A stretch of 52,116 bases of DNA, from positions 1 through 52,116 of the IMG/VR virus record IMGVR_UViG_3300025353_000004. One strand, given 5' to 3'. Origin of the DNA: a virus (taxonomy: Duplodnaviria; Caudoviricetes). The notes under the pieces were generated by a model. The model was given only the letters and a program-made list of their open reading frames with translations, made no database searches and had not been told where the DNA came from. Every line of letters starts with the position of its first letter. The first letter of the stretch is position 1. Made by a program: the position numbers and the translations under genes. Shown one piece after another: positions 45,308 through 52,116 of the stretch.

Positions 45308-45532
45308 ATGTTAACTATTGAATATGCAAAAGACCCTATTTGGAATGATGAAGCTCATACAGCAATTCATTTAACTGTTAAGTTTGTAGAAATTCCAGAG
45401 GAATTACCTTTTACAGCAACTCCTAATGACCCTATGCCTTATGGCGTTGTTTTATACAATAACGCATTGGCGGGTGATTATGGAACTATTGCTCCTTATG
45501 TACCGCCTCCAGCACCTATTCCAACTGCATAA
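45308..45532 (+). CDS. Tail-fibre assembly-like small protein
   Basis: LPFTATPND..YG...G.YG.IAPYVPP motif. Confidence 0.55.
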   Translation: MLTIEYAKDPIWNDEAHTAIHLTVKFVEIPEELPFTATPNDPMPYGVVLYNNALAGDYGTIAPYVPPPAPIPTA

Positions 45533-45753
45533 TGACTTACGGAATTTATCCTAATAGCACTCCTGAATTTCGGATGTTTCAAAAAGAAGATGGAACAATG
45601 GAAATGCAAGTGCGATATATAAATACTCTTATGAACTATGTAGGCAAATGGATGCCAGTTAAAATGGAACAAGAAAATGGTAAGTTTCACGAAATCGAAG
45701 CATTAGAAGATGGCACAGTATTTGTAAATGTATTTTCCGAAGGTAAGTATTAA
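45532..45753 (+). CDS. Hypothetical protein, possibly chimeric
   Basis: TAATG coupling; cupin-like C-terminal HEIEALEDGTVFVNVF. Confidence 0.5.
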   Translation: MTYGIYPNSTPEFRMFQKEDGTMEMQVRYINTLMNYVGKWMPVKMEQENGKFHEIEALEDGTVFVNVFSEGKY

Positions 45754-45785
45754 ATTTAGCTGTTTTTAGCTACAATATGTAAAAT

Positions 45786-45803
45786 CGCTTGGTGATGCAA
45801 GCG
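45786..45803 (+). promoter_or_regulatory. RNA hairpin CGCUU-GGUGAUGC-AAGCG in the fibre-gene leader
   Basis: Perfect stem with the shared loop; TACAAT (-10-like) just upstream. Confidence 0.55.
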
Positions 45804-45823
45804 GAAATGTTTAAGGGAAACTT

Positions 45824-46978
45824 ATGACAGTTCAGCTTTATGCCAATAATGCAAAAACAACGCTGGCATCACCTATTAATGCTACTCAGACTACCATTAC
45901 AGTAGCTCCCGGAACAGGTGCGCTTTTTCCAAATCCTGCTTCTGGTCAAGCATTTATGGTTACCTTAGTTAGTGCCGCTTCATCTACAACCTATGAAATT
46001 TGCCTTTGCAATGGAAGATCAGGCGATACTTTATCGGTAGTTAGAGGTCAAGAAGGAACTTCTGGAACGCCTTTTTTACTAAATGATATTGTTGGTAATT
46101 TTGATACTGCTGGCGTAATGGATGGATTGGTTCAATCTGTTCAGCTTCAAAATCAATATTATCTATTTGGAGTAGCTGGTGGATCAGCAAACGCTTTAAC
46201 CGCTAATATTCCTTCGTCTTTAACTGCGCTTCCTAACGGAATGTCTATTGTTATTCAGTCTGCTTTTGCCAATACTGGGGCAACTACTTTAAATTTAACT
46301 TTAGGATCTACAGCAACAGGGGTTTTGCCTGTTCTTTCTGTAAATGCTACAGCCCTTATTGGCGGTGAAATTCCTTCTTCTGGATACCCAATTACTTTAA
46401 GTTATAGCTCTACCTATAATGCGTGGGTTCTTACTAATGGAAGTATTAATTTAAATATTTATGCTTTAATTAATAGTCAAACATTTACTGGAACTCCTAG
46501 AGTTCCAACACCAGCAATTAATGACAATAGTACTATTATTGCCAATACAGCTTATGTAAAAAACAATTTAGCTAACTATGCACCACTTTATAGCCCAAAT
46601 TTAACTGGTATTCCAACAGTTCCAACAGCTTCAAATGGTACAAGTACTACTCAAATAGCTTCTACTGCTTTTGTTGAAAATGCTGTTTCAACTGTCCCTG
46701 TTTTAGGATCGACTTGGACTAATTACACAGGGATAAAAACTTCTTTTACTACCTACACAAATACAACTGGTAAATACATTCAAGCATTTTGTAATTCTGG
46801 CTGTAATGGCGGTGGTAATGGTTCTATTTGGATCAATGGAAATCAAGTAGCTAATTGGGCGGCACAGTTTAATGGATGCGGTGGTTATAGCTGTAATATG
46901 GCGGCAATTATTCCACCCGGAGCTACTTATTACATTAGCTCTAGTGGATCAGTCAATTCATGGTGGGAGCTAGTTTAA
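45824..46978 (+). CDS. Tail fibre protein
   Basis: ANNAKTTLA...RGQEGT N-terminus; SP.LTG.PT.PTA...TQIASTAFV fibre repeats. Confidence 0.8.
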   Translation: MTVQLYANNAKTTLASPINATQTTITVAPGTGALFPNPASGQAFMVTLVSAASSTTYEICLCNGRSGDTLSVVRGQEGTSGTPFLLNDIVGNFDTAGVMDGLVQSVQLQNQYYLFGVAGGSANALTANIPSSLTALPNGMSIVIQSAFANTGATTLNLTLGSTATGVLPVLSVNATALIGGEIPSSGYPITLSYSSTYNAWVLTNGSINLNIYALINSQTFTGTPRVPTPAINDNSTIIANTAYVKNNLANYAPLYSPNLTGIPTVPTASNGTSTTQIASTAFVENAVSTVPVLGSTWTNYTGIKTSFTTYTNTTGKYIQAFCNSGCNGGGNGSIWINGNQVANWAAQFNGCGGYSCNMAAIIPPGATYYISSSGSVNSWWELV

Positions 46979-47274
46979 TGAAACATTTTGTAGACGAAAA
47001 TAATATTGTTCATGCTTATCCAAAAGATGGATCTCAAAATCATTTAATTGGTAATAAAAAAGAAATTACTATTGAAGAAAGAGAAGCTTTAATTCTTCAA
47101 AAACAACAATCTGATTTTGATGCACAAGATTGGTATAGAAAACGCATTTATAGCTATCCCGATATTGGTGATTTTATTGATGCTTATATTACTGATAACA
47201 AAGAAGCAATGGAAGAATATAAACAAAAATGCCTAGAAATTAAGGCTAAATATCCAAAACCTGAAGGATTTTAA
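46978..47274 (+). CDS. Tail fibre chaperone-like protein
   Basis: R...YP...D..DA and KAKYPKP motifs. Confidence 0.6.
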   Translation: MKHFVDENNIVHAYPKDGSQNHLIGNKKEITIEEREALILQKQQSDFDAQDWYRKRIYSYPDIGDFIDAYITDNKEAMEEYKQKCLEIKAKYPKPEGF

Positions 47275-47276
47275 CT

Positions 47277-47549
47277 ATGACATACAACTATGGTAGCCCC
47301 ATTACAGGCACTCTTACTGGAACTACTTTAGAAGTATTAGTTCCTAATTTGGTTTATCCAGCAACAATTGTACTTAACTCCGCTGATGCCAGCAGAGGAA
47401 TTCAATTATCTTTAGATAATGGAGTTACTTATTATGCAAAAGTAACTCCTACTGGAACTGCAACAGGTCAAATTTACTATGTTTTGACTTTCCCAATTAC
47501 AAAAATTAAATTTACTGGCGTAGCAAACGACACTTATAGCATTCTTTAA
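47277..47549 (+). CDS. Small beta-rich hypothetical virion protein
   Basis: AAGGA RBS; 90 aa. Confidence 0.55.
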   Translation: MTYNYGSPITGTLTGTTLEVLVPNLVYPATIVLNSADASRGIQLSLDNGVTYYAKVTPTGTATGQIYYVLTFPITKIKFTGVANDTYSIL

Positions 47550-47570
47550 TAGTATTACTTAGGGTTTACC

Positions 47571-50500
47571 ATGACTATTTTACTTTTTGCTAACCAAGCG
47601 CAAACTACTCTTGCATTACCAGTAACCCCTTCTGATACCACTATTTATTTGGCTAGTGGTACTGGAGAGTACTTTCCTAATCCAGAAATTGGTCAAGCAT
47701 TTAAACTTACTTTAGTTAATTCTACAAACGCATTAATAAACGAAATTGTTTTAGTAACCGCCAGAACAGGTGATGTTTTAACAGTTATTCGTGGAGATGA
47801 AGGTACTATTCCTCAAGCATGGGCTTTTGGTTCTTTTGCAGTTAACTTAGATACTGCTGGTTCTTCAGATGCTTTTGTTCAAACTTATGGTCTAGAAAAC
47901 CATCTTTATTCTGCTTATTTGCAAAATATGAGGGCTACTACAGGACAAGTTGATTCTGTTCCTATAAACCCTACTGATTTAGTAAATAAAGAATATGCCG
48001 ACTATTTAGTTCAAGGCATGACACCAAAAGCAGAATCTCAATGTGCCACAACAACAGTTGCACAAGGCGGTGGCAATATTGCTTTATTTGGTTTGCAAAT
48101 TATTGATGGTTATCAAACTGTAAATGGGGATCGTGTTTTGGTCAAAGACCAAGACAGCCCTGCTCAAAATGGTATTTATGTAGCTAGTTCTGATGTATGG
48201 GTTAGAACAGCAGATATGAATGTTTGGTCAGAAGTGCCAAGTGCTTTTACTTTTGTTCAATATGGTACATATAACACAAATACTGGCTGGGTAGCTCTTG
48301 CTCCAGTAGAGGGAACAATTAATGTAACCCCCATTATTTGGACACAATTTTCTGGATTTGGTATTTCTGGTTACTCTGGTTTTTCTGGCTACTCAGGATA
48401 TTCAGGATTTTCTGGCATTTCTGGATATAGTGGATCAGGCGTATCAGGCTATTCTGGTTTTAGTGGAATTAGTGGCTATTCTGGCTGGTCAGGAATTTCA
48501 GGATTTAGTGGTCAATCAGGCTACTCTGGAATTTCTGGCTACTCTGGATCAGGCGTATCAGGATTTAGCGGTATCTCTGGATATAGCGGTTATAGCGGAA
48601 TAAGTGGTTTTAGTGGCTATTCAGGTATTTCTGGTTATTCTGGAATAAGTGGTTATAGTGGAATTTCTGGATATTCAGGAAGCGGTGTTTCTGGATATAG
48701 TGGTTTTAGTGGCATAAGTGGGTATAGTGGTTTTTCTGGTATTTCAGGGTATTCTGGTTTTTCTGGTATTTCTGGTTTTAGTGGAATTAGTGGATATTCA
48801 GGAATAAGTGGTTATAGCGGAATTAGCGGTTATTCAGGTATTTCTGGTTATTCTGGAATTAGCGGTTATAGCGGATATTCTGGAATTAGCGGTTATAGCG
48901 GATATTCTGGAATTAGCGGTTATAGCGGATATTCTGGAATTAGCGGTTATAGCGGATATTCTGGAATTAGCGGTTATAGTGGTATCTCTGGCTACAGTGG
49001 TATCTCTGGCTACAGCGGTTTTTCTGGCTACAGCGGTATCTCTGGCTACAGCGGTAGTGGTATCTCTGGTTACAGTGGCAGTGGTATCTCTGGCTACTCT
49101 GGCATCTCTGGATACTCTGGTGGAACTTCTGCTGGTGGCTCAAACACACAGATTCAATATAACAATGCTGGCTCATTTGCTGGCGCACCTTTACTCACCT
49201 ATTCCCCACAAGGTAATACTTTAGTAAACCAATCCTACGACCAAGGCACAGGAGTCCTACAAGTAACAGGAGCGTCTAGCTTTAATGGCGCTGTAGTTGA
49301 TAAGAGTCTAAACTTACAGGGTGGTAATAACCTTGTACTTAACTCTGCCATTTTGGTTACCCAAAATATTACTGTAACTGCTAATACTTATACCTTGTCA
49401 ATGACAGGCACAGGAACGATTACATTAAGCGGAACAAGTAGTGGTACTTTAGTTGGCACAGGCGCAAGCACAGTCGTTTCAAAGACATTTACTCCTACGG
49501 CTGGTACGCTTACTTTAACTCCTACTGGCTCATGCACCACAGTTCAATTAGAACTTGGTAACGTATTTAGCGGATATACAGCCACAACAGGAACAGCAGT
49601 TACTACTACTAACGCATTATCAATTCCACAAGGTACTTTTTCTAGTAACGATACGCTTACCGCATCATCAGGCTCTTTAACAGGAACAGCTTTTTCTGTA
49701 GCGCAGACTTGGAATACAACTGGAAATCCAACGGCTTTTAAAGTAAATGTCACTAATATTGCTAACGCTGGTTCAGCACTTTTAGCTGACTATCAAGTTG
49801 GTGGGGTAAGTAAATGCCAAGTAAACTTTGCTGGTGGATTAACTTCTTTCTCGAATATTTATTCACTTGGTGGAGCTTTAATGTATGGCTCTGGCATTAT
49901 TGCTGGAAGCATATATAAAATTGGATTTTCAAGCACTGTAAATGCTTACGATACTCCAGATTTAACTCTCTACCGTGACTCCGCCAACACTCTAGCGCAA
50001 CGCAACTCTACCAATGCACAAGCCTTTAGACTATATAACACCTATACAGATGCTAGTAATTATGAGCGTCTATCTGTAGATTGGACTACTACTGCCAATA
50101 CAGCAACTATCTCTACTCAAAATGCTGGTACAGGGAGTAAGCGTAATCTAGCTATTGCTCAAGATGTAACTATCAACACAGTAACAGTAGGACTAGGTGG
50201 TGGTGCTGTAAGTACGAATACGGCTGTGGGTAGTGGTGTTATGACAGCTACAGCTACTGGAACTGGAAATGTTGCTGTTGGCTATCAATCTTTAAGGTCA
50301 GTAACTTCTGGTTCTGGGAATGTATCTACAGGACAGTATGCTTTATCGGTTAATACAACTGGTATTGCAAACTGTGCTTATGGAAGTGTTTCATTAGGCA
50401 ATGGAAGCGTAGGCGCAAACTACAATTCAGCTTATGGATATTATAGTTTAGGAAATAACATAACTGGCAATAGCAGTTGTGCATTGGGTTATTTTTCTCT

Positions 50501-51533
50501 TTTATACAATACTGTTTCTTCAAACCTTACTGCAATCGGCACACAGGCTTTAACAAATAATACCACCAATGTAGCCACACTCGGCACAATTACAGGCGGT
50601 ACAGGTTACACAACAGGTACATATACTGGCGTAGTAATGACACTATCAAGTGGCTCTACTGCAATCACTTACCCTACTGCAACGATTGTAGTCGCTGGTG
50701 GAGTAGTTACCACAGTCACACTAACATCTAATGGTGTAGGCTTTAAAGATACCACGACAGTATTAACTGCACCAGCAGCATCTATTGGTGGTACTGGTAG
50801 TGGATTTTCTGTGCCAGTAGCTACTCTGCAATCAGGTACAGGCAATGTGGCGGTGGGTTATCAGGCTGGGTATAGTAATAGTGTGGGGCAATATAATACT
50901 TTTAATGGTTATCAGGCAGGATATTCAAATAGCATAGGAAGTTACAATGTATTTAATGGTTACACCTCAGGATATTCAAATAGCACTGGTAATGCCAATG
51001 TTTCCGTGGGTTATGCCTCATTACCAGTAAATACTTCTGGAAGTGGGAATGTTTCTATAGGTTCAACCGCATTTAACGCCAACATTTCTGGAAGTTCTAG
51101 CGTAGGAATTGGAAGGAATGCTTTATATGCAAATATTTCTGGAAACAATTTAGTAGCCGTTGGAAATAACGCTGGCTATGGTACAGGTTCTAACGCAAAC
51201 ACCACAGGTTCTAATAATACTTACATAGGTGTTCAAACAGTAGGCTCTGCTAACAACAACACCAACGAGATGGTTATTGGCTACACAGCAGTAGGACTAG
51301 GCTCTAACACAACTACTATTGGTAATACAAGCACTACACTAACTCAGACCTATGGCGTTACTAAATCTACTAACTACACAGTAGCTACTTTACCTTCTGC
51401 ATCAACAAGCGGAGTAGGTGCAAGGGCATTTGTAACGGATGCAACTGCTACAACCTTTGCTTCAATCGTTGCTGGTGGTGGCTCAAACCCTGTACCAGTC
51501 TACTCGGACGCAACCAACTGGCGAATCGGCTAA
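47571..51533 (+). CDS. Long tail fibre (1320 aa) with about 250-aa Gly-X-Ser stalk and YadA-like head repeats
   Basis: N-terminus paralogous to 45824; GDRVLVKDQ...QNGIY domain; SGYSGIS repeats; 14-aa NTAVG repeats. Confidence 0.85.
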   Translation: MTILLFANQAQTTLALPVTPSDTTIYLASGTGEYFPNPEIGQAFKLTLVNSTNALINEIVLVTARTGDVLTVIRGDEGTIPQAWAFGSFAVNLDTAGSSDAFVQTYGLENHLYSAYLQNMRATTGQVDSVPINPTDLVNKEYADYLVQGMTPKAESQCATTTVAQGGGNIALFGLQIIDGYQTVNGDRVLVKDQDSPAQNGIYVASSDVWVRTADMNVWSEVPSAFTFVQYGTYNTNTGWVALAPVEGTINVTPIIWTQFSGFGISGYSGFSGYSGYSGFSGISGYSGSGVSGYSGFSGISGYSGWSGISGFSGQSGYSGISGYSGSGVSGFSGISGYSGYSGISGFSGYSGISGYSGISGYSGISGYSGSGVSGYSGFSGISGYSGFSGISGYSGFSGISGFSGISGYSGISGYSGISGYSGISGYSGISGYSGYSGISGYSGYSGISGYSGYSGISGYSGYSGISGYSGISGYSGISGYSGFSGYSGISGYSGSGISGYSGSGISGYSGISGYSGGTSAGGSNTQIQYNNAGSFAGAPLLTYSPQGNTLVNQSYDQGTGVLQVTGASSFNGAVVDKSLNLQGGNNLVLNSAILVTQNITVTANTYTLSMTGTGTITLSGTSSGTLVGTGASTVVSKTFTPTAGTLTLTPTGSCTTVQLELGNVFSGYTATTGTAVTTTNALSIPQGTFSSNDTLTASSGSLTGTAFSVAQTWNTTGNPTAFKVNVTNIANAGSALLADYQVGGVSKCQVNFAGGLTSFSNIYSLGGALMYGSGIIAGSIYKIGFSSTVNAYDTPDLTLYRDSANTLAQRNSTNAQAFRLYNTYTDASNYERLSVDWTTTANTATISTQNAGTGSKRNLAIAQDVTINTVTVGLGGGAVSTNTAVGSGVMTATATGTGNVAVGYQSLRSVTSGSGNVSTGQYALSVNTTGIANCAYGSVSLGNGSVGANYNSAYGYYSLGNNITGNSSCALGYFSLLYNTVSSNLTAIGTQALTNNTTNVATLGTITGGTGYTTGTYTGVVMTLSSGSTAITYPTATIVVAGGVVTTVTLTSNGVGFKDTTTVLTAPAASIGGTGSGFSVPVATLQSGTGNVAVGYQAGYSNSVGQYNTFNGYQAGYSNSIGSYNVFNGYTSGYSNSTGNANVSVGYASLPVNTSGSGNVSIGSTAFNANISGSSSVGIGRNALYANISGNNLVAVGNNAGYGTGSNANTTGSNNTYIGVQTVGSANNNTNEMVIGYTAVGLGSNTTTIGNTSTTLTQTYGVTKSTNYTVATLPSASTSGVGARAFVTDATATTFASIVAGGGSNPVPVYSDATNWRIG
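48351..49120 (+). repeat. 9-nt-period coding repeat (GGN-[TAY/ATY/TTT]-[TCN/AGY])
   Basis: Includes a 27-bp unit GGAATTAGCGGTTATAGCGGATATTCT repeated four times from about 48855. Confidence 0.9.
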
Positions 51534-51548
51534 TTAAAAGGAAAAACA

Positions 51549-51989
51549 ATGGCAATCACATTCACAACAACAATCACTTCAATGGAGGCTTATCCTCTTT
51601 ACGAAGCAGTACCCTTGTATGTATTCCGAGTCTATTGGAATTATGAAGGTGACGATGGTAAGTTTTCAACTGCTATGCAAGGCTCTACCGACATTCCAGC
51701 AAGCGACCCACAATCAGCTATTCCTTATGCTGATTTAACGCAAGAACAAGTCATGGGATGGGTTCAGACCTATACGCCAGCATGGACATGGGCAGAGTAC
51801 ACAGACAAGATTACTGCATGGATTACTGCTCAGTACACACCTGCGGTGGTGAATCCTCCATTGCCTTGGTCTGCTCCTCCAGTAGTTGAGCCTATTATTG
51901 AGCCTGTAGTTGAGCCTGTAGTTGAGCCTGTAGTTGAGCCTGTAGTTGAGCCTATTCCACCTATAATTGATGTAATCCCACCAGCATAA
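51549..51989 (+). CDS. Tail-fibre-associated protein (putative chaperone), allele B
   Basis: Homolog of 1091..1495 with an expanded GTTGAGCCTGTA (EPVV) repeat. Confidence 0.65.
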   Translation: MAITFTTTITSMEAYPLYEAVPLYVFRVYWNYEGDDGKFSTAMQGSTDIPASDPQSAIPYADLTQEQVMGWVQTYTPAWTWAEYTDKITAWITAQYTPAVVNPPLPWSAPPVVEPIIEPVVEPVVEPVVEPVVEPIPPIIDVIPPA

Positions 51990-52116
51990 CAATCTTTAGA
52001 AGCAATTGTTCCAGCAGAAACAGTAGAGCCAACTGCGGTACAATAATTTTAAATAAACTTTAAGGATTAGTGATGCAATCCCCAAAATATTCGGTAGTAA
52101 TACCGACTTACAATCA
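51990..52116 (+). repeat. 127-bp exact repeat of 1793..1919 (circularity/assembly overlap)
   Basis: Direct comparison: identity begins at CAATCTTTAG and runs to the contig end. Confidence 0.95.

Noticed and set aside
1793-51989. Stop-codon reassignment
   Set aside because: Genes are full length and densely packed in code 11, and TAA, TAG and TGA are all used as stops.
616-51992. Antisense and alternate-frame ORFs in the track (e.g. 1157-, 5163-, 22890-, 24981-, 28582-, 48808+, 18289-, 21824-)
   Set aside because: They are shadows of real genes, repeats or regulatory DNA, lacking RBS and protein-like motifs. Only Rz1 and the chaperone extension are supported as overlaps.
51990-52116. Biological direct terminal repeat or att site
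   Set aside because: It matches an internal position, starts mid-gene and is exactly 127 nt, which is typical of an assembly overlap.

Overview
The window is an apparently complete, circularly permuted genome of about 50.2 kb (1793..51989) from a contractile-tailed dsDNA phage. The host is Gram-negative, probably a beta/gamma-proteobacterium (embedded Rz/Rz1 spanins, CTGT-N8-ACAG LexA box). The last 127 nt exactly repeat 1793..1919, and 1..1792 is a diverged alternative allele of the tail-fibre end. Modules in order: glycosyltransferase cluster, lysis cassette, a leftward small-gene operon with SNF2 helicase and VRR-NUC, replication genes (PD-(D/E)XK nuclease, SSB, PolA, primase-helicase), a 4.4 kb compositionally purged leftward early island, and the packaging, head, tail, baseplate and fibre genes. 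There are five free-standing homing endonucleases, and no integrase, repressor or ParAB is recognisable. The most striking unexplained signal is that the early island lacks several tetranucleotides entirely and is bracketed by near-consensus binding sites for host proteins. On the left are parS, a Fur box, a XerD half-site and an IHF site. On the right are a LexA box inside inverted iterons, a 7-nt tandem array and a full dif-like site next to terS. Other highlights are a family of RNA hairpins sharing an RGUGAUGC loop with a complementary structured RNA, Gly-X-Ser repeat fibres next to glycosyltransferases, and genome-wide GCWGC/CCWGG avoidance. All family assignments come from motif recognition by eye, not database searches.
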